A stretch of 64,000 nt of DNA, taken from contig CAWAWS010000014.1 in the NCBI GenBank assembly GCA_963785725.1, forward strand, positions 128,001-192,000, read 5' to 3'. How positions within the stretch are numbered: position 1 is the stretch's first letter; every line of letters starts with the position of its first letter. Both the position numbers and the translations under genes were made by a program. The stretch comes from an uncultured delta proteobacterium. Lineage in GTDB: Bacteria > Myxococcota_A > Polyangia > Palsa-1104. Shown here piece after piece: positions 23,520 through 33,935 of this stretch. A model generated the notes under the pieces. That model did not search any database. It saw only the letters and a list, made by a program, of their open reading frames with translations, and had not been told where the DNA came from.

Positions 23520-24404
23520 ATGGAAGATTGGAAGACGCGCATCACCCAGATACGCCCCGTCGAAAAACAGGCGGGCGATCCCGAACAGGCGTGCCTGGTG
23601 CTCATCTATCCGGCCGGCGCAGAGCTCGGGAAGCGCTACGAATTGGCGGGCACGAAAGAGGTCGTCATCGGCCGCGGCGGTGATTGCGACATCCAAGTCG
23701 ACCGCGACTCGGTCTCGCGCCGCCATGCGAAAGTGACGCGCGCCGGCGCCGGCTGGAAAGTCGAAGACCTCGGCTCGACCAACGGCAGCTACGTCAACGA
23801 CGCGCAGATCACGCAGTACACGTTGCGCGACGGCGATCTGCTCAAGATCGGCAACGCCATCTTCAAGTTCTTGGTCGGCGGCAACATCGAGACCGCCTAC
23901 CACGAAGAGATTTATCGCATGACCATCATCGATGGTCTGACGCAGGCGTTCAACAAGCGCTACTTCGTGGAGAATCTCGAGAAGGAGATCCCGCGCTGCA
24001 CGCGTCATCAGCGGCCGCTGTCGCTGGTCATGTTCGACATCGATCACTTCAAGAAGATCAACGACGAGCACGGCCACTTGACCGGCGACTACGTGCTCAA
24101 AGAGCTGGCGCGACGCGTGCGAACGCGCGTGCGCAAAGAAGAAGTGTTCGCGCGCTACGGCGGTGAGGAGTTCGCGTTGACCTTGCCCGAGACGTCGCGC
24201 GAGCAGGCCGTCAAAGTGTCCGAGGATCTGCGCAAGCTCGTCGGCAACGATCCCTTCGACTTCGAGGGCGACCGCATCCCGGTCACGGTGTCGCTGGGCG
24301 TGGCGACGATCGTCAACGAGGTCGCCGCCGACGCGTTCATCAAGAGCGCCGACGACAACCTCTACAAAGCCAAACGAAACGGCCGCAATCGCGTCGTCGG
24401 TTAG
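23520..24404 (+). CDS. FHA-GGDEF diguanylate cyclase
   Basis: FHA motifs IGR, SRRHA, DLGSTNG; DIDHFKKIND, GHLTGD, RYGGEEF. Confidence 0.92.
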   Translation: MEDWKTRITQIRPVEKQAGDPEQACLVLIYPAGAELGKRYELAGTKEVVIGRGGDCDIQVDRDSVSRRHAKVTRAGAGWKVEDLGSTNGSYVNDAQITQYTLRDGDLLKIGNAIFKFLVGGNIETAYHEEIYRMTIIDGLTQAFNKRYFVENLEKEIPRCTRHQRPLSLVMFDIDHFKKINDEHGHLTGDYVLKELARRVRTRVRKEEVFARYGGEEFALTLPETSREQAVKVSEDLRKLVGNDPFDFEGDRIPVTVSLGVATIVNEVAADAFIKSADDNLYKAKRNGRNRVVG

Positions 24405-24621
24405 CCGTTTCGTCGCTCCGCTCGGGTTTTCGTTTCGCAGTCGTTCTTGACCGTTCTCGGTCGTCGTGCGGCGTCGCGTCATCCGTGGCGGCGGCTAAGT
24501 TTTTGCGGCCTTGCGTGATCGGTGCCACCCTACCTTGGGGGCAAAAGGGGAATTGTTGCAGGCGACTAGGGACAAGCAGCCGGCCCGAGGTGGCGCGCCC
24601 ACAGCGGCGTCGGCTTCCGCC

Positions 24622-26013
24622 GTGAGCACGCTGCGCCACGTCCTCGTCGTCGACGACGAGGAGAGCTTGCGGCACATGCTGACGGTGCTGCTCAAGCGCG
24701 AAGGCTACGAGGCGACCGCGGTCGCCTCGGGTGAGCAGGCGTTGGCCGAGCTCGAGCAGCGACCTTACGACGTCGTGCTCTCCGACATTCGCATGCCGAA
24801 GTTGGGCGGGCTCGAGCTCGTCGACGAGATCAAGAAGCGCGGCCTGTCGTGCACGGTGATCCTGATGTCGGCGTTCGGCTCGGTGGATGTCGCGATCGAG
24901 GCGATGAAGCGCGGCGCCTACGATTACGTCTCGAAGCCGTTTCGTCCCGACGAAGTGGTGCTCGTGCTCAAGAAGGCCGAGGAGCGCGAGAAGCTCTATC
25001 GCGAGAACCTGCAGCTCAAGCAGCAGCTGGCCAAGGCGTCGCAGTCGAACGAGACGCGCGGCTTGTCATCGATGATCGCGCGCGGTCCGCGGATGCAGGA
25101 AATTTTCCGCACGATCAAGAAGATCGCCGAATACAAAACGACCGTCCTCATCACCGGCGAGTCGGGCACCGGCAAAGAATTGGTCGCCCGCGCCGTGCAC
25201 GAGCAGTCGCCGCGCGCCAACGGGCCGTTCGTCGCCGTCAACTGCGGCGCCATCCCCGAGTCGCTCATCGAGTCGGAGCTGTTCGGGCACAAGCGCGGCG
25301 CCTTCACCGATGCCATCCGCGACAAGAAAGGGCTCTTCGAAGAGGCGTCGGGCGGCACCTTGTTCCTGGACGAGATCGGTGAGCTGCCGCTCGGTCCGCA
25401 GGTGAAGCTGCTGCGCGTCCTGCAGGAGCACGTCGTGCGTCCGGTCGGCGGCGTCGAAGACCTGAAGGTCGACGTGCGCATGGTGGCGGCGACCGTGCGC
25501 GACCTGCCGACCGAAGTGCGCGAAGGTCGGTTCCGCGAAGATTTGTTCTATCGTCTCAACGTCATCACGGTCGGTTTGCCGCCGTTGCGCGATCGGCGCG
25601 AGGACATCGCGCTGCTCGTGCACCACTTCGTCGATCGCACGAACGGCAAGCTCGGTACATCGATCGATGGAGTCAGCGCGGAGACCATGAAGCTGCTCAT
25701 GGACTACCGCTGGCCAGGCAACGTCCGCGAGCTCGAGAACACGATCGAACGGGCCATGGTGCTCAGCGACGGCAAGCGCATCGAGCCGGACGGGCTGCCG
25801 GAGAAAGTCCGCGAGAGCCGGGACCGGGTTCGGCTGTCACTGCAGTCGGGCGAGCTGTCGATCAAGAAGACGACGCGAATCATCGAGGAGGAGCTGATCC
25901 GCAAAGCCCTCCGCGAGACCAAGGGAAATAGAACTAACGCTGCGAAAATATTAGAGATTAGTCATCGGGCGCTGCTCTACAAGATCAAGGAGTACGCCAT
26001 CGATGACCGCTGA
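24622..26013 (+). CDS. Sigma54-dependent response regulator (PilR/NtrC-like)
   Basis: VVDDE, SDIRMP, SKPF receiver; GESGTGKE, GAFTDA, FLDEIGE, WPGNVREL; Fis HTH. Confidence 0.92.
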   Translation: MSTLRHVLVVDDEESLRHMLTVLLKREGYEATAVASGEQALAELEQRPYDVVLSDIRMPKLGGLELVDEIKKRGLSCTVILMSAFGSVDVAIEAMKRGAYDYVSKPFRPDEVVLVLKKAEEREKLYRENLQLKQQLAKASQSNETRGLSSMIARGPRMQEIFRTIKKIAEYKTTVLITGESGTGKELVARAVHEQSPRANGPFVAVNCGAIPESLIESELFGHKRGAFTDAIRDKKGLFEEASGGTLFLDEIGELPLGPQVKLLRVLQEHVVRPVGGVEDLKVDVRMVAATVRDLPTEVREGRFREDLFYRLNVITVGLPPLRDRREDIALLVHHFVDRTNGKLGTSIDGVSAETMKLLMDYRWPGNVRELENTIERAMVLSDGKRIEPDGLPEKVRESRDRVRLSLQSGELSIKKTTRIIEEELIRKALRETKGNRTNAAKILEISHRALLYKIKEYAIDDR

Positions 26014-26024
26014 AAACAGAAAAT

Positions 26025-26095
26025 TTGACGCGTGTCCTACCGGTAGTAAGATGTGGGATGAAGTGAGATGAAAGACTACTTAATTAAGTATCTTT
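26025..26095 (+). promoter_or_regulatory. Promoter plus palindromic operator upstream of the XRE-pilMNOPQ operon
   Basis: TTGACG (26025), 16 nt, TAAGAT (26047); perfect palindrome TACTTAATTAAGTA at 26077-26090. Confidence 0.55.
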
Positions 26096-26146
26096 TATAT
26101 TCTCTTGACGCTGAGGAGGATGCGATCCCATCATCTTCGTCGGCAG

Positions 26147-26455
26147 ATGGAAGCGCACGAGAAGAACGAACCGAAGTCGCCGGACGACGCCAAGGAGGAG
26201 GCGAAGCCTAGCCCGAGCGCACCTGTGCGCGCGGCGAAGGGGACCAAGGTGAAGAACAACGTCCGCAAGTTGCGGACGGAACGGATGATGAGCAAGGCGG
26301 AGCTCGCGCGGCGCGCCGCACTTTCAACGCTCACCATCGACCGGGTCGAGCGCGGCATGAAGGCGCGGATGGATACGAAGCGGAAGATCCTCGAAGCCCT
26401 CGGGTTGAAGCCGACGGATCGGGTCATGGTCTTCGGCGATGCGGAAGAAGACTAA
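26147..26455 (+). CDS. XRE-family HTH regulator
   Basis: NNVRKLRTERMMSKAELARRAALSTLTIDRVERG...TKRKILEALG; start uncertain. Confidence 0.8.
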   Translation: MEAHEKNEPKSPDDAKEEAKPSPSAPVRAAKGTKVKNNVRKLRTERMMSKAELARRAALSTLTIDRVERGMKARMDTKRKILEALGLKPTDRVMVFGDAEED

Positions 26456-26504
26456 TAGGGCGTGAGCGTTTGCTCGCCGCGCCCGGTAGGAGAGGGTTGC
26501 GGCG

Positions 26505-27545
26505 ATGGCGAAGAATTGCATCGGCCTTGATCTGGGGAGCTCGGCCGTCAAGGTCACCCAGGTGAAGAAGAAGGGCAGCGGATTTCAGCTGCTGAACTTC
26601 GGCATCGAGCCCATCCCGCCGGACACCATCGTCGACGGTGCCATCCTCAACCACTCGGGCGTCGTAGATGCGGTCCGCGCGCTGTTCGAGCGGCTCAAGA
26701 TCAAGCAGAAGGAAGTCGCGCTCGCCATCTCGGGCAACGCGCTCATCATCAAGAAGATTTTCGTCCCGGCGATGACGCCGGACGAGCTCGAAGAGCAGGT
26801 ACCGTGGGAAGCCGAGCACCACATCCCGTTCAATCGTAACGACGTCGAGATCGACTATCAGGCGCTGGGCGGCAAGAACGCGCAGGGCCAGATGGAGCTG
26901 CTCTTGGTCGCGGCCAAGAAGGAAGTGGTCGCCGACTACGCGGCCGTCGCGCGCGAAGCGCAGCTGACGCCGGTCGTGGTCGATGTCGCCGCCTTCGCGG
27001 TGCAGAACGGCTTCGAGGCCGCGTACGGGCCGATGACCAACGAGGTCGTCGCGCTCATCAACGTCGGCGCCTCGTTATCCAACATTAATATACTGGCGGG
27101 TGGGACTTCGGCCTTCACGCGCGACGTCACCACCGGCGGCAACTCGTTCACCGACGACATCAAGCGTCATCTCGCGGTCTCCGGCGAAGAGGCCGAGGCG
27201 CTCAAGGTCGCCTACACCGAAGGTGACGCGTCGCAAGACGTGGGCCGCGTGTTGCAGATGACGTCGGCGCAGATGGCGGGCGAGTTCCAGAAGTCGATCG
27301 ACTTCTTCTTGGCCTCGCATCCCGACACGGCCATCGCCAAGATCTACTTGGCCGGTGGCTCGGCGCGCGTGCCGCCGTTGTTGAGCGCGATCGAGCAGCG
27401 CGCACGTGTGCCGGTCGAGATCATGGATCCCTTCCGCGACGCGTCGGCGGCGCACATCGATCCGGCGTTCCTGCGCTCGCACGGGCCGCAAGCGGTCGTG
27501 TCGCTCGGCCTCGCGCTGCGCTCGTCAGGGGACAAGTTCCAATGA
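26505..27545 (+). CDS. pilM: Type IV pilus assembly protein PilM
   Basis: IGLDLGSSAVK, WEAEHHIPF, LINVGA, YLAGGSA, SLGLALR. Confidence 0.95.
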   Translation: MAKNCIGLDLGSSAVKVTQVKKKGSGFQLLNFGIEPIPPDTIVDGAILNHSGVVDAVRALFERLKIKQKEVALAISGNALIIKKIFVPAMTPDELEEQVPWEAEHHIPFNRNDVEIDYQALGGKNAQGQMELLLVAAKKEVVADYAAVAREAQLTPVVVDVAAFAVQNGFEAAYGPMTNEVVALINVGASLSNINILAGGTSAFTRDVTTGGNSFTDDIKRHLAVSGEEAEALKVAYTEGDASQDVGRVLQMTSAQMAGEFQKSIDFFLASHPDTAIAKIYLAGGSARVPPLLSAIEQRARVPVEIMDPFRDASAAHIDPAFLRSHGPQAVVSLGLALRSSGDKFQ

Positions 27546-27576
27546 TCGCGCGGGTGAAACGAGCGGTGGTGTACGC

Positions 27577-28212
27577 ATGATCAGGATCAACTTATTACCG
27601 GTCAAGGCGGCCAAGCGGCGCGAGCAGGGGCAGAAGCAGCTCCTCGCCGGCGCCGTCATCATTTCGCTGACGCTGGTCGGCATCATCGTCTTCCACGGCG
27701 CCGAGACGTCGAAGCTGGCGGCGCTGCGCGAGCACAACCAGCAGGTCTCGCACGACATCGCCAAGCTGAAGGCGGAGATCGGCGACTACGAGATCATCAA
27801 GGCGCAGCGCGACGAGCTGATCAGGCAGCGCGACGCCATTCGCCGGCTGCAGGCCAATCGCTCGGGCCCGACGTTCATGATGCGTGAGCTGTCCGACATT
27901 CTGACGCCGGGCAAAGGCCCGACGTTCAACAAAGAGCAGTACGAAGAGTCGATCAAGCGCGCGCCCGATGTCGGCTTCAACCCCAATTGGGACACGCGCC
28001 GCGCGTGGCTGCTGAGCTACATCGAAGAGAACCACGCCGTGAAGATCCATGGCGGCGCCAAGAGTGACGAAGACGTCGCCGAGTTCTTGAAGCGGCTCAA
28101 GGTGAGCGCGTTCTTCTCGGACGTCTACTGGCAGCAGACGCAGCCGCAGGTCGATTCGCGGCTCAACGTCTCGTTCGTGACCTTCGACGTGACGTGCCGG
28201 GTGAACTATTGA
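27577..28212 (+). CDS. pilN: PilN
   Basis: MIRINLLP motif, TM, coiled coil. Confidence 0.92.
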   Translation: MIRINLLPVKAAKRREQGQKQLLAGAVIISLTLVGIIVFHGAETSKLAALREHNQQVSHDIAKLKAEIGDYEIIKAQRDELIRQRDAIRRLQANRSGPTFMMRELSDILTPGKGPTFNKEQYEESIKRAPDVGFNPNWDTRRAWLLSYIEENHAVKIHGGAKSDEDVAEFLKRLKVSAFFSDVYWQQTQPQVDSRLNVSFVTFDVTCRVNY

Positions 28213-28244
28213 GCGCCGCGGCCCGAACGGAGATGAGGTAGGCG

Positions 28245-28886
28245 ATGCAGAACATCTTCGACAAGATCGCGTCGCTGCAGCTGCTGGCGAAGATCGGAAT
28301 CGCCGTCGGTGCGGTGCTTCTGTTGGTCGGCGGCTATTACTACTTCTTCTACGGCGACATGCTCGACGAGCAGGCGCAGCTGGAGAAAGATCGCGACCGG
28401 CTCGAGCGCGAAAAGAAGGACTACGAGAAGCGCAAGCAGGAGTATTTGGCCTTCCGCAACGAGGTCAACGCGCTGCTCGAGGAACAAAAGGAGCTGCTGC
28501 GCGTCCTACCGAAGCGCGACGACATCGAGCAGTTCATCGAGAGCGTGCAGGCGCAGATCGAGCTGTCGGGGTTGTCGAAGGTGTCGTCGATTCGCGACGC
28601 GGCGCAACCGGTGGAGATGTACATCAAGATTCCGATCAAGATGTCGCTCTCGGGCACTTATCACCAGATCAACCACTTCTTCAAACAGGTGGGCGATCTC
28701 AAGCGCATCGTGAATATCGAGAACTTGTCGCTGGAGCCGATGGCGCCGGCAGCGAACGCGCCGCTCGATCAGGCGAACCAGCTGAAGGCGAACTTCGTGG
28801 CGACGACGTTCCAGTTCGTCGACAAAGACGCCGGCGCCGGGCCGCACAAGACCGGCGTTTCGATCTCGACGGGTGGTCCCAAGTGA
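28245..28886 (+). CDS. pilO: PilO
   Basis: TM, coiled coil, LPKRDDIEQF, GTYHQINHFF...LKRIVNI. Confidence 0.92.
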   Translation: MQNIFDKIASLQLLAKIGIAVGAVLLLVGGYYYFFYGDMLDEQAQLEKDRDRLEREKKDYEKRKQEYLAFRNEVNALLEEQKELLRVLPKRDDIEQFIESVQAQIELSGLSKVSSIRDAAQPVEMYIKIPIKMSLSGTYHQINHFFKQVGDLKRIVNIENLSLEPMAPAANAPLDQANQLKANFVATTFQFVDKDAGAGPHKTGVSISTGGPK

Positions 28887-29473
28887 GCCGCTTCATCGTC
28901 TGGTCGTTGCCGCTGTTCCTGCTGATTGGCTGCAGCGGCGACGAGACCAGCAAAGGGCCGCCGCCGCCGCCGATGCCGCACGCGGGCGGGACGCCGGCGC
29001 CGACCGCGGCAGCGGGCGCGGCCGCCGCCGGCCAGCCGAGCGTCGATCAGTCGAAAGAGGCGCTGTTGGCCGAAGTGCGCAAGCGGCAGCTGACGAGCGA
29101 CGACTTCAAGGAGTCGCCGTCGAACCGCGATCCGTTCCGCTCGTTCTTGACGACGTTCGCGACGCAGGTGGTGAACGTCAAGCCGCAGCATCGCATCGTC
29201 CTCGAGAAGTTCGCGCTCGAGGAGCTCAAGCTCATCGCCATCGTCGGCGGCAACGGCGAGACGCCGAAGGCGATGTTCGTCGATCCGACGGGAATGGGCG
29301 TGACGGTGGTGCGTGGCGATCACGTCTCGAAGGTGGACGCGCTCGTGACGCGCGTGGCGCCCGATCGGGTCTTCTTTCAGCTGGAAGAGGACTTGGGCAA
29401 TGGCGGCAAGCCGAAGCTGAGCGAACGCGTGGTCGAGCTGCACGCGGGCGAGAACATCGGAGCAGGGCAATGA
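28883..29473 (+). CDS. pilP: PilP lipoprotein
   Basis: LIGC lipobox; RDPF; LEKFALEELKLIAIV...AMFVDPTG. Confidence 0.9.
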   Translation: MSRFIVWSLPLFLLIGCSGDETSKGPPPPPMPHAGGTPAPTAAAGAAAAGQPSVDQSKEALLAEVRKRQLTSDDFKESPSNRDPFRSFLTTFATQVVNVKPQHRIVLEKFALEELKLIAIVGGNGETPKAMFVDPTGMGVTVVRGDHVSKVDALVTRVAPDRVFFQLEEDLGNGGKPKLSERVVELHAGENIGAGQ

Positions 29474-29589
29474 GCGACCGTCAGGGAGCGAATGTGAGCG
29501 ACCAGCCCGTAGGGCTAGCGGATCGGCGTTCTGGCTCGTTGACCTCTGAAAGAGGTCACACGAGCAGCAAGACTCCCAAAGGAGCCTTC

Positions 29590-32500
29590 ATGAGGCGTTC
29601 TTCTGTCGGGCTGGCGACGTGGCTTGCACTTGCCGGAGTGGCGAGCGCGGGCGAGAACGTCGTCAGCAAAGTGACTGCGCACGCCGAAGGCGGCAAGACG
29701 GTGATCGTCGTGCACGGCTCGGCGACGCCGAGCTTCACGGCTTATCGGCTGGAGAAGCCGGCGCGCATCGTGGTCGACGTGGCCGACGGCAAGTGGAGCA
29801 CGGCGGAGCTGGGCCAAGGGCCGGTCGACGTCGACACGTGGGCCGTCAATCAGATGGCGGCGGCGCAATATTCCGACGAGGCGAGCCGCACGGCGCGGCT
29901 GATGATCGGCTTCAAGCGGCCGGCGACGTACGACGTCAAGGCGACCGGTCACGACCTGGTGATCACGGTGACGCCCGACGAGCCGATGCCGGCGGCGTTG
30001 GCGCAAGTGGCGCCGCAAGCGGCCGCACCGACGGCGGCCGACCTGGCCAAGCTCGACGAAGCGCGCAAGAAGCGCGTCGAGGCCGAGGCGCAGGTGGCGG
30101 CGACCGAGCAGCGGCGGCTGAAGGCCGTCGAGGCCGAGCATGACGCGCAGTCGCGCGCCGGTGACGCCGATCGCGAGGCGGCGGCGGCCAAGCTGCGCGC
30201 GCAAGCAGCCAAGGACGAGCTCGAGCACGTCATCGCGGCGCGTAAAGTGGAAGAGCAGCGGCTGGCGGAAGCGCAGAAGCGGACGTCGACGGCGACGGCG
30301 CAGAGCGAGACGGCGCGGGCCGAAGCGCAGGCGGCGCAGAGCGATCGCGCGCGGACGGCGGGCGATCTGCAGGCCGAGCAGGCGCGTCTGGTGAAGCTGC
30401 GCGCCGAAGCGATGGCGCTGTCGCGTGAGCGTGAGCTGGAGGCGAAGAAGCTGGCCGAGACGCAAGCGGCGGCGCGCAAGGCGATCGTCGAGCGGCAGCA
30501 GCACTTGGCCGACGCGGAGTCGGCGGCGCGGGCGCGGCAGGCGGAGTCGGAAGCGGCGCGCGTGGCCGAAGAGCGGCGGGCCGATGCGCGCGCCGAAGAG
30601 GCGGCGCGACTGGCCCAAGCAGCGACGGCGGCCGAGCGGGCGCGCACGAGCGAGACGGCGTCGCGTGAGGCCGACAAGCGCGCGAACGATGCGTTGACGC
30701 GGGCGCACGACGCCGAGAACGCGGCGCGCTCGGAGGCGTTGCGGCTGCAGGCGATCAAGCGTGACGCGGCGGCGCAGGCGGCGGAGGCGGCGGCGGCGCA
30801 GGCGAAGCTGCAGGCGGCGCGGGTCGAGCTGGCGAAGCTGACGGCGGCGCAGGAGACGGAGCGGGCGCGCGTCGACGAGGCGCGGCGGGACGCGGCGCGG
30901 GTCGCGGCCGAGCGCGCGCAGGCGGCGGAGCGGGCGGAGCACGCGGCGGCGTTGGCGTCGGGCTCGCTCGAGAAGATGCGAGAAGCGGAGCGCGAGGCGC
31001 GCAAGATCGCCGACGAGCGCGGCAAAGAGTCGGCGCGCTTGGACGAGGTGCGGCGTGAATCGGCGGCCTTGGCGGCGCAGCGCACGCAGGAGCTGGCGAA
31101 GCTGGAAGTCGCGCGCGGCGAAGCGGCGCGTGTCGAGACGGCGCGGCGGGCCGAAGAGACGCGGCTGGCGCAGCTCAAAGGCGAAGTGCAGAAGCAGTCG
31201 GACGAGCTCAAGCGGCAGGCGGAGCTGACCCGCGTGGCCGGCGACGAGACGCGGCGGCAGCAAGAGGCGGCGCGTTTGGCCGGCGACGAAGCGCGCAAGC
31301 AGTCGGAAGCGGCGGCGCGCGCCGGCGACGAAGCGCGCAAGCAGTCGGCAGCCGCGGTGCGCGCCGGCGACGAGGCGCGCAAGCAGTCGGAGGCGGCGGC
31401 GCGAGCCAGCGACGAGGCGCGCAAGCAGTCGGAAGCGGCGGCGCGAGCCAGCGACGAGGCGCGCAAGCAGTCCGAGCTGGCGCGCAGCGCCGGCAAAGAG
31501 GCGCAGCAGCAAAAAGACGAGACGCGCAAGCTCAACGAGGCGGCGCGCTTGGCCAGCGACGAGGCGCGCAAGCAGCAAGAGGCCGCGCGCGTCGCCGGCG
31601 ACGAAGCGCAGCGACTCAAGGACGAAGCGCAGCGGCTCAAGGACGAAGCGCGCCGGCAGTCGGACGCGGCCAAGTTGGCGGGCGATCAGGCGGCGCAGGC
31701 GCGCAGCGAGCTGGCGCAGCTGTCGGCGGCGCAGTCGGCCGAGCGCGCGCGGCTCGTGGCGGCGCAGAAGGACGCGGCGCGCGTGGCCAAGCAGCTGGCC
31801 GAGCTCGACGCCGAGCGGCTGGCAGCCGAGAAGCGCGCCAAGGCGCAGGCGGCGGCTTCGGCGGCGTCGTCGGCCGACGAGAAGGCGCGGCTCGAGCGCG
31901 AGCGTAACGATTTTCAACGGCAGCTGACGGCCGAGCGGGCGCAGCTGACGAAGAAGCTGGAGACGGCGCAGGCGGAAGTGGCACGCGTCGCGGCCGAGCA
32001 GCAGCGCAAACAGGCGGAGCGCGCGCAGCTCGACGAGCAGCTGCAGGCGGCCCGCGCGGAGTTGCAGCGCATCGAGCAGACGACGCGCGAGCGGTTGGCG
32101 ATGGTGCCGACGCCGGCGAAGGTGGCCGCGGCTGCCAAAGTCACGCCGCCGGCGCGCAACATGAAGGACGCGCTGCCCGTCGACAAAGTGGCGGCCAAGG
32201 TGCGCGACGTGCGCTTCGCCGACGACGAGAACGCCGAACGCGTGATCTTGGAGCTGCTCGGCAACAGTGACGCGACGGTCGTGCGCGCCGACGACCATGG
32301 CGCGGTGTTGAAGATCGCGCGCGCCGATCTGCCGAAGAAGCTGGAGCGGACGCTCGATGCCAGCGCCTTGAAGGGCCCGATTCGCAGCGTGTCGACCTAC
32401 GCCGACGCCGATGATCCGGGCGCCGTGCGCGTCGAAGTGGCGCTCGCCGACGGCGGGCCGCACGTGGCGCCGACGCTGGTGCGCGACGGCGGCACGCTGA

Positions 32501-33926
32501 CCTGGGAATTCCCGCGCGGCACGCGCTCGCTGGCGCCGGCCAAGGTCGCGCCTTACGGCGTCGAGATGCCGCTGCAAGTGGCGACGGTGACGCCGACGCA
32601 GCCGCAGCGCAACAGCGGCCGGCAGCGCAAGACGTTCAGCGGCCGGCGCATCGACCTCGACTTCAAGGATGCGGATATCCACAACATCTTGAAGCTGATC
32701 GCGGACGTGGCGCAGGTGAACATCGTCGCGGCCGAGGACGTGAAGGGCACGATCACGATCCGCCTGCGCGACGTGCCGTGGGATCAGGCGCTCGACATCA
32801 TCCTGCGCGCCAAAGGGCTCGGCATGCAGCGCGAAGGCAACCTCATTCGCGTCGCGCCGCAAGCGGTGCTCGAGAAGGAGATCGAGGCCGAGGTGGCGCG
32901 GGCCAAGGCGCGGTCGAGCTCAAGCCGCTCGATACGCGGCTCATCGCGCTCAGCTACGCCGACGGGACGCAGATCTTGCCGCGCATTCAGGAAGTGATGT
33001 CGTCGCGCGGTCACGTGTCGGTCGACGCGCGCACCAATCAGCTCATCGTCACCGACGTGGCGGCGAATATTTCGCTGGCCGAAGACCTGGTGCGCAATCT
33101 CGATACGCAGACGCCGCAGGTGCTCATCGAGGCGCGCATCGTCGAAGCGGACACGACGTTCGAGCGCGACATCGGCATCCAGTGGGGCGGCAACACGATC
33201 AACTCGACGGCGACGGGCAATCCGACCGGTATCGTCTTCCCGTCGACGCTCGGCGTCGGCGGCGGCGCCACCGACACGGCGACGTCGACCGCCGGTCTGC
33301 AAGGCGCGGGCGCGGCGTCGCCGAACTTCGCGGTCAACATGCCGGCCGCCGTCGGCACCGGCTCGGGCGGCGCCCTCGGCCTCACGCTCGGCTCGGTCAA
33401 CGGCAACTACAACATCAACTTGCGCTTGTCGGCGCTCGAGAACACCGGCTGGGTGCGCATCGTGTCGTCGCCCAAGATCATGACGCTCGACAATATCGAG
33501 GCCACGATCGAGCAGGGCACGTCGATCCCGGTCTCGGTCGTCAGCGCCGCCGGTGCCAACACCATGTTCGTCGACGCCAAGCTCAACCTCACGGTCAAGC
33601 CGCACGTCACCAACGAAGGCTCGATCTTGATGACGGTGCTCATCACGCGTAACGAGCCCGACTTCGTCAACACCGCCGCCAACGGCACGCCGACGATCCA
33701 GAAGAAGCAGGCGCACTCGCAGATGCTCGTCCGCGACGGCGACACCGCGGTCATCGGCGGCATCTACACGCGCAACAGCGGCTTGTCGTACACGAAGGTG
33801 CCGTGGTTCGCCGAGATTCCGGTCATCGGCTGGCTCTTCAAGGCGCGCAAAGAGAACGACAACCGCACCGAGCTCCTCATCTTCATCACGCCGCGCATCA
33901 TCAACCGCAGCGTCGTGACGCGCTAA
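29590..33926 (+). CDS. pilQ: Type IV pilus secretin PilQ, ~1,445 aa with a giant coiled-coil insertion (one missing base at ~32910)
   Basis: AMIN-like domains; FSGRRIDLDFKDADIHN, LRDVPWDQALD; secretin core QVLIEARIVE...ELLIFITPRII is in another frame. Confidence 0.93.
31237..31488 (+). repeat. Six consecutive 42-bp (14-aa) repeats inside pilQ, with degenerate copies to ~31690
   Basis: A(G/S)DEARKQSEAAAR units start at 31237, 31279, 31321, 31363, 31405, 31447. Confidence 0.9.
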
Positions 33927-33935
33927 GCCGGCCGC

